NCBI GenBank assembly: GCA_035548375.1
Contig: DASZTG010000080.1
Span: 81,185 to 145,184, forward strand
Origin: Burkholderiales bacterium
GTDB lineage: Bacteria; Pseudomonadota; Gammaproteobacteria; Burkholderiales; JACQAP01
DNA: 64,000 bases
Direction: 5' to 3'
The position numbers and the translations under genes are program-made. A model generated the notes under the pieces. It made no database searches. It was not told the origin of the DNA and saw only the letters and a program-made list of their open reading frames with translations. Shown one piece after another: positions 1-8,982 of the stretch. How positions within the stretch are numbered: the stretch's first letter is position 1; each line of letters starts with the position of its first letter.

Positions 1-581
1 GTCATCGCCGGTTCGATGTTGGCGATGGCGTCCACGTGTCCCGCCTGCACTGCCGCTACGGCCGAAGGACCGGTGCCGACGCCGACGATGGACACCGCGT
101 CCGGCGCCAGCCCCGCCGATGCGAGAAGGTGGTTGACGAAGGCATGCGTGCTGGAGCCGGGTGCCGACACGCCGATCTTCATGCCCGCCAGGTCCCTGGG
201 CGATTTGTACGACGCGGCCTTGTCCTTCGCGACGCCAAGTGAAATCGCCGGCGTGCCGCCTTGCAGGACGAAGGCGCGCAGGTTTTGTCCGCGCGCGCGC
301 ATGACCACCACGTGGTCGAATCCGCCGGAAACCACGTCTGCGCTTCCGCCCATCATGGCCTGCAGCGCCTTTGCGCCGCCGGCGAAATCGACGATGTCGA
401 CCTGCAGCCCTTCATCCTTGAAATAGCCGAGCTGCTCGGCGATCGTGAGCGGCAGGTAATACAACGACGCCTTGCCGCCGACCGCGATGGTGACTTTCGG
501 CTTTTCCGGCGCGGCCGCAGCCGGATTCGCCAGGCCATTGAGGAAGCCCAGCGCGGCGAGGATTGCGAAGAGTCTTGTCAT
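1..581 (-). CDS. ABC-type periplasmic substrate-binding protein (NMT1/SsuA-like); C-terminus lies outside the window
   Basis: Absent from the ORF track because it runs off the window edge. My reverse-strand translation from the ATG (complement of 579-581) reads MTRLFAILAALGFLNGLANPAAAAPEKPKVTIAVGGKASLYYLPLTIAEQLGYFKDEGLQVDIVDFAGG..., a signal peptide followed by an SBP-like sequence. Confidence 0.7.
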   Translation of the reverse strand, partial: MTRLFAILAALGFLNGLANPAAAAPEKPKVTIAVGGKASLYYLPLTIAEQLGYFKDEGLQVDIVDFAGGAKALQAMMGGSADVVSGGFDHVVVMRARGQNLRAFVLQGGTPAISLGVAKDKAASYKSPRDLAGMKIGVSAPGSSTHAFVNHLLASAGLAPDAVSIVGVGTGPSAVAAVQAGHVDAIANIEPAM

Positions 582-682
582 TGGGAATCCGGTCGCGGGA
601 AATGCGAGCGCGGATTGTAACGCTGCGACCCCCCGCCGTCTCAGGCTACACTCGCGCCGTCAAATCTTTGGGAGCCAGCAAC

Positions 683-1300
683 ATGATCGACCTGTATCTG
701 AGCGGCACGGCAAACGGCTACCGCGCCTCGGTCGCGCTCGAGGAAGCGGGCCTGCCGTATCGGCCGCACAAGATCGATCTCGCCAAGGGGGAGCAGCGCA
801 GCGCCGCCTTCCTGAAGATCAACCCGGCCGGGATGATCCCCGCGATGGTCGATCCCGATGGCCCGGACGGCAAGCCGGTGACGGTCGCGCAATCCGGCGC
901 GATCATCCTGTACGCCGCCGACAAAAGCGGGCGCTTTCTGCCGAAGGATCCGCTGCGGCGCATGGTCGCGCTGCAATGGTTCATGCAGGCCGCGACAGAC
1001 GTCTCGGCCACCAGCGGCGCGCTGTTCCGCGTCGAGAACAGCGTGCCGGACAAGGTCGAGGCCAACAGCGACTACTTCCGCAACCGTCTCGTCGGATTCT
1101 TCCGCACCTGTGACGCGCATCTTGCGGACCACGAGTTTTTTGCCGATGAATTTTCCGTCGCCGAGCTGTTCCTGTATCCGAACTACGCGGCGCGCAAGCC
1201 CATGCTGGACCAGGTCGGCGGGCTTCCCAACCTGCATCGATGGGGCGGCACGGTCGGCGCGCGCCCCGCGATGCAGAAGGGCATGAAGGTGCTGGGATAG
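683..1300 (+). CDS. glutathione S-transferase family protein
   Basis: ORF 563..1300. The internal ATG at 683 gives MIDLYLSGTANGYRASVALEEAGLPY...KINPAGMIPAMVD, a GST N-terminal thioredoxin-like motif. Length about 205 aa. Confidence 0.8.
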   Translation: MIDLYLSGTANGYRASVALEEAGLPYRPHKIDLAKGEQRSAAFLKINPAGMIPAMVDPDGPDGKPVTVAQSGAIILYAADKSGRFLPKDPLRRMVALQWFMQAATDVSATSGALFRVENSVPDKVEANSDYFRNRLVGFFRTCDAHLADHEFFADEFSVAELFLYPNYAARKPMLDQVGGLPNLHRWGGTVGARPAMQKGMKVLG

Positions 1301-1304
1301 CGAG

Positions 1305-1754
1305 ATGCTGGATGCGCTGAAGACCTTGTTCTCCGAACTTGCCGGCGGCGACGCGAAGCAGTCGATCCCGCAAGCACGGCAGTTGCAGCTTGCCGTGGCC
1401 AGCCTGTTGCACGAGATGATGCGGGTGGACCTGGAGAAGAAACCGGAAGAAGCCCGCACCGCCGTCACGGCCCTGGTCAGGCTGTTTGCGCTGGATGAAC
1501 GCGAAGCGCAATCGCTGCTGGATGAAGCCGGCGCGCAGCGACTGACTTCCTACTTCGAGCCGGTCTCCACGATCAAGGCCGTGCTGTCGCAGGAACAACG
1601 CATAGCCCTCGTCGAGAGCCTGTGGCGCATCGCGTTCGCAGACGAGAAACTCGATGTCTACGAAGACCAGTTCGTGCGCAAGATCGCGGACCTGCTTTAC
1701 GTCTCCAATACGGACAGCATGCTGGCAAGGCAGCGCGCCAGGGGTGAGGGGTAG
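1305..1754 (+). CDS. TerB-like (tellurite-resistance TerB / DjlA N-domain family) protein
   Basis: 149-aa ORF with an ATG start 4 nt after the GST stop. The helical sequence ...IALVESLWRIAFADEKLDVYEDQFVRKIADLLYVS resembles the TerB family. Confidence 0.65.
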   Translation: MLDALKTLFSELAGGDAKQSIPQARQLQLAVASLLHEMMRVDLEKKPEEARTAVTALVRLFALDEREAQSLLDEAGAQRLTSYFEPVSTIKAVLSQEQRIALVESLWRIAFADEKLDVYEDQFVRKIADLLYVSNTDSMLARQRARGEG

Positions 1755-1880
1755 AGCGGGAAGGGTTGAAGGGAGAAGGGTGAAGGGTAAAGAACTGTCC
1801 CAATACTCAAGCTGGACCCTCCTGTTTTACCCTTCCCCTTTTAACCCTTCTCTCTTCCCTCTTCACCCTTCCCTTCTTAC
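1741..1880. repeat. GTGA/GGGAAGG-unit inverted-repeat element filling the convergent gap between TerB and the protease
   Basis: G-rich arm about 1742-1792 (GGGTGAGGGGTAGAGCGGGAAGGGTTGAAGGGAGAAGGGTGAAGGGTAAAG). Complementary C-rich arm about 1826-1879 (TTTACCCTTCCCCTTTTAACCCTTCTCTCTTCCCTCTTCACCCTTCCCTTCTTA). The arms overlap both stop codons. Confidence 0.7.
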
Positions 1881-4405
1881 GGCACCTTTCCCAGTTCCGC
1901 GCGCAAGTCGCGAAGGTGGGCGAGCGTTTCCGTGTCCCTGGTGCGACCGATCGCGGATTCGAGCTTGGCGTAGAGATGCGCAACACCGGAGCGCAACGAC
2001 GACCGGAATTCGCTCGGCCGGCCGCGTTCGCGGCGATATTCCTTCGCGACATCGGCGAGCGGCGAAGCGGCATCGCGCGATCCGAACCGACCTTGCGAGA
2101 CGGCATGGACCGAGCCGTCTTCCAGCAATTTCTGCGCGTCTATCGAATTGGCGCCGCCTTGCGGATCGTTCGTGGCACCCGTTGCGACCAGCAGCAAGGT
2201 CACGTAGTTGCGTTGCAACTCGCGCCGGTACAGGTCGATCACAGGTTTCTTCGCCTCCAGTTCGCTGAACAGCCCGTTGTTCAAATCGGTCAGCATGTCC
2301 ATGCCACTATAAGGCCTGCCGTCCTGGCGCAGTTGCCGTGCCTCCGCCATGCGCTGGAATACGCCGGGGTCGATGATCTGGCGCATCAGCTGCACGTTGG
2401 CGCCCTGCAAGGCGTCTGCGCCGCCGGAAGGACCGATGCGCATGAGGACTTCCTTGTCGAGCAGCGCCTGCGGGGTGGTCCAGGCCTTTTCCACGAGAAA
2501 CTTCACCGCGGCGCGCTGGCGCGCAGGCGGCACCGGATCGAACGGCGCCTTGCCGCGTCCCGCCTGGTAGCGCGTTTCCTCCACGCCGCCGACGATTTTC
2601 GCCACGGCCGCGAGCTCGCGATAGCGCTGCACCATCAGCGATTGATACATTTCGCGCAGGCGAGAATAGTTGCCGCCCATCTTCGTCGTGGCGGGAATCA
2701 GCAACGGCATCACGCGATCGATGTTCTTCAGCCCGAGTCCCGCGGCCTCGATGGGATCGCCGCCGACGACGTTGGTATTCACCTTGGGATCGATGGTCGC
2801 GTAGTCGTCCTCGCCGCCGAAGCGCAGCATCGGGTCGTTCACCTGTTTCGCGGCCAGTTCATCCAGATGCGGCCACTCGTCATCGCAGCTCATGCCGTTG
2901 GAGAACTGCCGGTAGCCCCACTCGATGGCGAAATAATCGTAGGGCCCGAATTTCGGCAGCAGCGCCGCGCCGTCGCCTGGCTGCGCCACATAGTTCAATC
3001 GCGCGTAGTCCATGATCGAGGCCGACGTGCCCCACTTTTTCGTCCATGCCGGATCGCGAAGCTGGGCAACCGTATAGGCCGAGTGCCCCTTGAAGTTGTG
3101 GCGCAATCCCAGCGCGTGGCCGATTTCGTGCGATACCACGTAGCGCAGCATGTCGCCGATGATTTCATCCGGCAGCGGCAGCTTCTGCGCCCTGGGGTCG
3201 AGCGGCGAAACCTGCGTGAAGTACCAGGTCTCCACCAGGCGCAGCACGTCGTGCCAGAAAATCGCGTGCGAGGAGATGACTTCGCCGCTGCGCGGGTCCA
3301 CGACAGCCGGCCCCATCGCGTTCTGGCGCCCGCTGGGCGTCCAGCGAATCACGTTGAATCGCACGTCCTCCGGATCCCAGTTCGGATCTTCCTCGGGGCC
3401 CGGCGCGTCCCGCGTCTGGATGGCGTTGGAGAATCCGGCCTTCTCGAACACCTTCTGCCAATCCTCGACGCCGGCCTTGAGATAAGGACGCCACTTCTCC
3501 GGGACTTCGTCGCTGATGTAGAAGAGTATGGGCTTCACGGGGTCGGAAACCTCGGCGTCCGGATTTTTCTTCTCCAGGCGATAACGCTGGATGAACGCGC
3601 GGCGGACCTTGCCGTGGTCATTGGTGCCGTAGTCATCGAAAGGCACCGAGAAATAGCCGACGCGATCGTCGGCATAGCGCGGGTCCATCGGCTCCTCGGG
3701 CAGCAGCAGCAGGCTCGAATGGAAGATGAATCCCAGCGCGGCGGGCACGCGCTCCGATTCGTCGTCCACCTGCTTCCTGAGCTCCGTTGCCGAAGGCACC
3801 CAGGTCTGGTGGAAACGGATGTCGATGTTTTGCGGGAACGCCTTGACGCTCTCGATGAACGAGCGCTTCGGGTCGATGGCGTTCATGCGGAAGTACTGCA
3901 TGAACTCGAGCGCGAATCCGTCCGGCACTTCGCTGACGAACAGGCTGGTGATGTCGATGACCGGCGCCTTGTTCTCGCCTTCCATGATGATGTCGAAGGT
4001 CTTGATCACCGTGCGCAGCGACGCCGATTCCACGCCGCGCTGCAACTGCGACATGTTCTGCGCCCACATTTCATAGCGCACGTTCTCGAGATAGAGCTTG
4101 TTGCCGCGACGCACCCAGCGGATCACGCGGTTGTCCACCACCGAGCCGGGCGCGACGAAATCGCTGCCGGTCGACAGCGCCGCGAATTCGATGTTGACCA
4201 GCATGTCCCGGTTCAACAGCTTCTCCGGGATCTCGAACATGACGTGGTCGCAGATCACGTGGACCTTGAACATGCCGGTCAAGGTTTCGACCTTCTGGTC
4301 CATGCCGGCGGGACAGGAAGCCACCATCGCGGAAGTCATTGCGCGAGCCGGCATGATGGCCGTCGACGCAAATAGTAAAGTCGCAATCAGGAAGAGCTTT
4401 TTCAT
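1877..4405 (-). CDS. secreted zinc-dependent metalloprotease (HEIGHALGLRHNF zincin; large DUF4953/DUF5117-like type)
   Basis: ORF 1877..4591. The internal ATG (complement of 4403-4405) gives the signal peptide MKKLFLIATLLFASTAIMPARA. HExxH motif VVSHEIGHALGLRHNFKGHS. 842 aa. Confidence 0.85.
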   Translation of the reverse strand: MKKLFLIATLLFASTAIMPARAMTSAMVASCPAGMDQKVETLTGMFKVHVICDHVMFEIPEKLLNRDMLVNIEFAALSTGSDFVAPGSVVDNRVIRWVRRGNKLYLENVRYEMWAQNMSQLQRGVESASLRTVIKTFDIIMEGENKAPVIDITSLFVSEVPDGFALEFMQYFRMNAIDPKRSFIESVKAFPQNIDIRFHQTWVPSATELRKQVDDESERVPAALGFIFHSSLLLLPEEPMDPRYADDRVGYFSVPFDDYGTNDHGKVRRAFIQRYRLEKKNPDAEVSDPVKPILFYISDEVPEKWRPYLKAGVEDWQKVFEKAGFSNAIQTRDAPGPEEDPNWDPEDVRFNVIRWTPSGRQNAMGPAVVDPRSGEVISSHAIFWHDVLRLVETWYFTQVSPLDPRAQKLPLPDEIIGDMLRYVVSHEIGHALGLRHNFKGHSAYTVAQLRDPAWTKKWGTSASIMDYARLNYVAQPGDGAALLPKFGPYDYFAIEWGYRQFSNGMSCDDEWPHLDELAAKQVNDPMLRFGGEDDYATIDPKVNTNVVGGDPIEAAGLGLKNIDRVMPLLIPATTKMGGNYSRLREMYQSLMVQRYRELAAVAKIVGGVEETRYQAGRGKAPFDPVPPARQRAAVKFLVEKAWTTPQALLDKEVLMRIGPSGGADALQGANVQLMRQIIDPGVFQRMAEARQLRQDGRPYSGMDMLTDLNNGLFSELEAKKPVIDLYRRELQRNYVTLLLVATGATNDPQGGANSIDAQKLLEDGSVHAVSQGRFGSRDAASPLADVAKEYRRERGRPSEFRSSLRSGVAHLYAKLESAIGRTRDTETLAHLRDLRAELGKVP

Positions 4406-4651
4406 ATGAAGTATCCCGCCGGTCGCGTCAGCGGCACGCACTGGCCGTTTCGTCGCTTGCCGACTGTGACGCCGGAAGCGCCAGTTTAACCCGCCAGCCG
4501 CGGTTTTCGAGCATGCGCCCGGCTGCGAATCCACATGTCCGACCGGGGTATACGCCTGCACCCTGCCTGTGGATGCGCGGCGGGCATGCAAGCGACCATC
4601 GGCCGGGCTGGCCGCAGCGGCATCGAGGGGTAAGTCAGGGAAGCTCAGGCG

Positions 4652-5119
4652 TCAGTCAGCGGGTCCGGACGATGCGTTTGTTGCAAAAGCGGCGTCGTCT
4701 TCCTTGCATTTGCCCGTCCACCCGGTGACGAACGCGCGCCGGGTCGCGTGGATGCGCGACAGGTAGCGGTTCTGGATTTCATAGGCCTCCAGCTCTTCGG
4801 AAATGCGCCGGCTGCAAAAGCTCGTCACGACCCCGAACTTTCCGGTGGTTTTCTGAAGGTGGTGCACGAGCTCGTGCAGCAGGACGGAGCGATCGAAGTC
4901 GTCGTGCACGAAATCCAGGGTCTCGTCGACGATGACGCCCGCGTCGGGATGATAGTAGGCTTTGACGCGACACTGCCTGCCGCCGCACAGGCGCTGCTGG
5001 ATTTGCGCCATCGGCAACGCGTGGATTTCGGGCAGCGAGTCCGGGGCAGGATAGGCCGAAACCAGCCGGATCGCGGCGAACAACTCGACCATCAGGGACA
5101 AGATCGCAGACTGATCCAC
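4652..5119 (-). CDS. small HExxH (minimal zincin-like) protein, paralog A
   Basis: 155 aa with a GTG start preceded by GAAGGAGG. HELVH is encoded at 4862-4876, with a downstream EELEAYEIQ. Four Cys residues are conserved with the neighbouring paralog. Confidence 0.6.
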   Translation of the reverse strand: MDQSAILSLMVELFAAIRLVSAYPAPDSLPEIHALPMAQIQQRLCGGRQCRVKAYYHPDAGVIVDETLDFVHDDFDRSVLLHELVHHLQKTTGKFGVVTSFCSRRISEELEAYEIQNRYLSRIHATRRAFVTGWTGKCKEDDAAFATNASSGPAD

Positions 5120-5175
5120 TGCGCCTCCTTCGAGCGTTTCCCCTGACAGACTACATCAGTTGCCTGTTCACCCGT

Positions 5176-5595
5176 TCAATAGTCGCAACGCGTGCGCCAT
5201 GCATTCACGTTGACCCGGTGCGCGTCGTGGACGGCCTCGAGGTACAGGTTCTGGATCTGGTAGGCCTGCCGCTCGGCCGCGAACCAGCGCACGCAGGGCG
5301 ACGGGATCTTCTCGAAAGTGCCGCTCACGCGCTGGGCATAGTGAACCAGCTCGTGCAACAGGATGGACCGCGCGAATTCGTCTTTTTCTAGGTCGAGCGC
5401 CTCATCGATGTAGATCCCATCCTCGGCGTTATAGAACGCTTCCGCCGCGCAGCTGCCATGGCAGAAACGCTCGCGAACTTCGGCGAGCGGAGCCTGGTGA
5501 ATCTCGGGAAGCGTACCCGGCACGGCATATCCCGTCAGCGAATGCACGGACGCCAGCAGTTCAAATGCCAGGGCGGACAGTGAAAACGAGTCCAT
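5176..5595 (-). CDS. small HExxH (minimal zincin-like) protein, paralog B
   Basis: ORF 5176..5658. The ATG (complement of 5593-5595) is preceded by AGGAGC and gives MDSFSLSALAFELL.... HELVH is encoded at 5341-5355. The protein aligns with paralog A along its whole length. Confidence 0.6.
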   Translation of the reverse strand: MDSFSLSALAFELLASVHSLTGYAVPGTLPEIHQAPLAEVRERFCHGSCAAEAFYNAEDGIYIDEALDLEKDEFARSILLHELVHYAQRVSGTFEKIPSPCVRWFAAERQAYQIQNLYLEAVHDAHRVNVNAWRTRCDY

Positions 5596-5812
5596 GTCTT
5601 GCTCCTGGACCGGCGCTTCCCCCCGACCCCGCCGGGCCGGTACGTGATGTTTTTGCAACTTCTGGCTTGATGCGTCGCAATATCCAGGCCAGCTGAATTG
5701 ACCACCTAAGCACGCAAAACAAGTCTAAAAGCACCGACACGGTGCGCAATACGTCCCGGTTTCTCCAAGAAAGGGCGTTTGCGCCGGCAAGCCTGTAAAA
5801 ATTACTCGACAA

Positions 5813-6655
5813 CTACTCGCCCGAAAGCCACGCCACCCGATGGCCGCCGGCTCCATCTCGCGCGAGCGCGACCTGCAACCACTTGAGCATCGCCTGCGCC
5901 TGAACCTCGAAACCGAAAGGCGGATTGACCACGATCATTCCGCAGCCGCGCATGCCCTCGGTCCAGCCTTCGGCGGTGACGGAGATTTCGAGTTGGAGCA
6001 TTTTGCGGATGCCGGTTTCCGCCATGCCTCGCTCGAACGCGCGCATCGCCGTCGACTCCATCAGGGGATACCAGAGCGCATAAACGCCGGTGGCAAATCG
6101 ACGATGGGCTTCGGCCAGGCCTTCGGTCAGCCGGTCGAATTCCCGCGCCCTGTCGAAGGAGGAATCGATGAAGACCAGGCCGCGCCTTTCCTTCGGCGGC
6201 AGGAAGGCCCGCAGGGATTGGTAGCCATCCATCAGGTGCACGGTGGTCTGCCGGTCCTTCAGAAACAGGTTGCCCAGGCTCTCGCAATCCTTCCGGTTGA
6301 GCTCGATCAGCACGAGGCGATCGACCGGCCGCAGCAACCGCCGCACGATGCGCGGCGATCCCGGGTAGAAACGCATCGCGCCTGCCGTGTTTTCACCGCG
6401 GATGGCGTCGAAATAGGGAACGAATTCGTTCGGCACGTCCTTGCGTCCCCACACGAGCGACACGCCGTCGCGATGCTCGGCGTTCTTCTGTGCCCACTCG
6501 TGCTCCAGGTCGTAGCGGCCGATGCCGGCGTGGGTGTCGAGCACGAAGAACGGCTTGTCCTTCCTCTGCAGCCCGAGAACCAGCCGGCTCAGCAGGGAAT
6601 GCTTGAAGACGTCCGCAAAATTGCCGGCGTGGAAAAGATGGCGATAGGCGAGCAT
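5813..6655 (-). CDS. rlmJ: 23S rRNA (adenine2030-N6)-methyltransferase
   Basis: The internal ATG of ORF 5813..6721 gives MLAYRHLFHAGNFADVFKHSLLSRLV...LDTHAGIGRYDL, the characteristic RlmJ N-terminus. 280 aa. Confidence 0.85.
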   Translation of the reverse strand: MLAYRHLFHAGNFADVFKHSLLSRLVLGLQRKDKPFFVLDTHAGIGRYDLEHEWAQKNAEHRDGVSLVWGRKDVPNEFVPYFDAIRGENTAGAMRFYPGSPRIVRRLLRPVDRLVLIELNRKDCESLGNLFLKDRQTTVHLMDGYQSLRAFLPPKERRGLVFIDSSFDRAREFDRLTEGLAEAHRRFATGVYALWYPLMESTAMRAFERGMAETGIRKMLQLEISVTAEGWTEGMRGCGMIVVNPPFGFEVQAQAMLKWLQVALARDGAGGHRVAWLSGE

Positions 6656-6754
6656 CGGAACGCGCGTGAGTCGGCGGCGGGCGGTTGGGAACGCGGCGGA
6701 AGTCTGGGATAATCGCCCCATCTTCCAACCCGTCCCCGATGCGGGAATTCTGTC

Positions 6755-7150
6755 ATGGCCGCCGACAACACACCAGAACTCAAGATGGACCCCGCCAATC
6801 TCTATCGCGAGGAGATCTTCACCGATCGCAAGATCGGCACCATCCGCGTCATGACACCCGTCAAGAGCGACAGTTCATTCGACGCCGCGCGCAAGGTGCT
6901 CTACGTGGGCGAAACCCAGCTCATGACGCCGGTCGGCGCGCTGCCGCTGGCCTTCGAGATCGAGGCGACGAATCTGGGCGAAGCGTCCGAGGGGTTCGCG
7001 GGCGCGGCGGCGGTCGCCGTCGAACGCGCGGTCAAGGAATTGCAGGAGATGCGGCGCCAGCAAAGCTCGTCGATCGTCATTCCCGAAGGCATGCCCGGCG
7101 GGTTCGGCGGTCCCGGCGGAATGGGCGGCGGCAAGATCAAGCTGCCCTGA
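6755..7150 (+). CDS. conserved hypothetical protein with a Gly-rich C-terminal tail
   Basis: 131-aa ORF with an ATG start and G/C-biased third positions. It abuts upp. No motif recognised (…GMPGGFGGPGGMGGGKIKLP tail). Confidence 0.5.
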   Translation: MAADNTPELKMDPANLYREEIFTDRKIGTIRVMTPVKSDSSFDAARKVLYVGETQLMTPVGALPLAFEIEATNLGEASEGFAGAAAVAVERAVKELQEMRRQQSSSIVIPEGMPGGFGGPGGMGGGKIKLP

Positions 7151-7201
7151 TTGCGGCGTGGCGACCGACGCATGAACGCCGACTTGTTCGGTCACGCCGC
7201 G

Positions 7202-7852
7202 ATGAAACAGGATCCGCGTTTTCCGAACCTGTTCATCCTGGATCACCCGCTGATCCAGCACAAGCTCTCGCACATGCGGGACAAGACCACGTCCACGCGC
7301 ACCTTTCGCGAACTGTTGCGCGAGATTTCGCTGCTGATGGGCTATGAAGTCACGCGCATCCTGCCGCTGACCACGCGCACCATCGAGACGCCGATGGCGA
7401 AGATGGACGCACCGGTCATCGCCGGCAAGAAACTCGCGATCGTGCCCGTGCTGCGCGCGGGCATCGGCATGGCGGATGGACTGCAGGAACTCATTCCATC
7501 CGCGCGCACCGGGCATATCGGGCTTTACCGTGACGACAGCCACCGCCCCGTGGAATACCTGGTACGGCTGCCGGAGGTCGAGGGTCGAATGTTCATCCTG
7601 TGCGACCCGATGATAGGCACCGGCTATTCGGCCGCGCATGCGGTGCAGGTGCTGAAGGTTCGCGGCGTGCAGGCGAAGGACATTTTCTTCCTGGCGCTCG
7701 TCGCCTCGCCGGAGGGTGTGGCCGTCTACCAGGAACAGCACCCCGACGTGCCGATGTACGTTGCCGCGCTGGACGATCACCTCGACGAAAACGCCTACAT
7801 CGTGCCGGGGTTGGGCGATGCGGGCGACAGGCTGTTCGGGACGAAGAACTAG
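7202..7852 (+). CDS. upp: uracil phosphoribosyltransferase
   Basis: ORF 7151..7852. From ATG 7202 it reads [31 protein letters not shown]... and ends ...[16 protein letters not shown], a typical Upp. The start could instead be 7172. Confidence 0.9.
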   Translation: MKQDPRFPNLFILDHPLIQHKLSHMRDKTTSTRTFRELLREISLLMGYEVTRILPLTTRTIETPMAKMDAPVIAGKKLAIVPVLRAGIGMADGLQELIPSARTGHIGLYRDDSHRPVEYLVRLPEVEGRMFILCDPMIGTGYSAAHAVQVLKVRGVQAKDIFFLALVASPEGVAVYQEQHPDVPMYVAALDDHLDENAYIVPGLGDAGDRLFGTKN

Positions 7853-7853
7853 G

Positions 7854-7988
7854 AATGCCGTGACGACGTGACTGTCGTGACGGATGAATACGTGACTGCC
7901 GGAAAAGCCAAACTCCTGGGCTTTAGGTCTCGCTGGTGAGGTTTGCGACAGGCACGACAGTCACGTCGTCACGATAGTCACGGCATTT
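7854..7988. repeat. GTGAC-unit (about 9-nt period) inverted-repeat element between the convergent upp and cydB
   Basis: The left arm AATGCCGTGACGACGTGACTGTCGTGAC (7854-7881) is the reverse complement of the right arm GGCACGACAGTCACGTCGTCACGATAGTCACGGCATT (7951-7987), except for one extra 9-mer unit (TATCGTGAC) in the right arm. Confidence 0.85.
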
Positions 7989-8982
7989 ACTCCCCGTAGG
8001 TGAGGGACCTCGCCTTTCCCCAGAACACGCTGTACGAGAACACGGTGTAGCCGACGATCAGCGGCAACACGACGCAAGCACCGACGAAGACGAACATCAG
8101 CGATTCCCTCGCCGCCGCGGCCTGCCAGATCGTCATGCGGTCGACGACCAGCCACGGGAACAAGCTGTAAGCCAGGCCCGCGAAGGCAAATACGAAAATC
8201 CACACCGAGAGCACGAACGGCAGCCATTCCTTTTTCGAACGACCGGACTGCAATCGCTTCACGGAAAACAGGATTCCGGCAAATGCCGCGGCCGTGAACG
8301 AGGGCAGCGGCGAAAGCCACAACATGCGCGGCCAGCTGAACCACTTTTCCATCACGCCCGCACTGGCGAATGGCGTGGCAAGGCTGATGGCGGCCACACC
8401 GGCGCCCGTGACGAATACCGCGGCCTTGCTCCAGCGCAATGCGCGCACATGCAGGTCGCCCTCGGTCTTGATCGCGAGCCAGGTTGCGCCCAGCAGCGCG
8501 TAGCCGCCGGCAAGGCCCGCGCCGACGAGAAACTCGAAGGCTATGAATAAACCGCCTTCGTGGAACCCGGTGATTAGCCCGGCAAGCATCGCACCCTGCG
8601 CGACCGCCGTACCCAGCGATCCGACGAAGAACAGGTGGTTCCACATCGATTGATGCCAGCCCGAGGCCTTGACGCGGAATTCGAACGAGACGCCGCGCAG
8701 GATCAGCGCGATCAGCATCGCCGCCACTTCCAGGTAAAGCGCCGGCAGGATCACTCCATGCGCGTGCGGGAACGCGACCAAAAGAATTCCGACGCCGAGC
8801 ACGAGCCAGGTCTCGTTGGCATCCCAGAACGGGCCGATCGACGCGACCATCATGTCCTGCTCCTCGCGCGAAGCCAGCGGCAGCAGGATGCCCACTCCAA
8901 GGTCGAAGCCGTCGAGGATGACATAGGCCAGGACTGCCAGTCCCATGAGGCCCGTGAATATCAGCGGCAGGTCGAGTTCCAT
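7987..8982 (-). CDS. cydB: cytochrome bd-type quinol oxidase subunit II
   Basis: The internal ATG of ORF 7987..9282 gives MELDLPLIFTGLMGLAVLAYVILDGFDLGVGILLP...GPFWDANETWLV. The start overlaps the cydA stop (ATGA at 8981-8984). Confidence 0.9.
   Translation of the reverse strand: MELDLPLIFTGLMGLAVLAYVILDGFDLGVGILLPLASREEQDMMVASIGPFWDANETWLVLGVGILLVAFPHAHGVILPALYLEVAAMLIALILRGVSFEFRVKASGWHQSMWNHLFFVGSLGTAVAQGAMLAGLITGFHEGGLFIAFEFLVGAGLAGGYALLGATWLAIKTEGDLHVRALRWSKAAVFVTGAGVAAISLATPFASAGVMEKWFSWPRMLWLSPLPSFTAAAFAGILFSVKRLQSGRSKKEWLPFVLSVWIFVFAFAGLAYSLFPWLVVDRMTIWQAAAARESLMFVFVGACVVLPLIVGYTVFSYSVFWGKARSLTYGE

Noticed and set aside
1916-4375. 819-aa ORF on the + strand
   Set aside because: It is entirely antisense to the well-supported zinc metalloprotease gene, and its translation is Arg/Ala/His-rich low-complexity sequence, typical of shadow ORFs in GC-rich DNA. 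The same reasoning applies to 24060..26132, 33241..36165, 37417..39747, 39177..42515, 43032..45749, 12243..13328 and 48654..49754.
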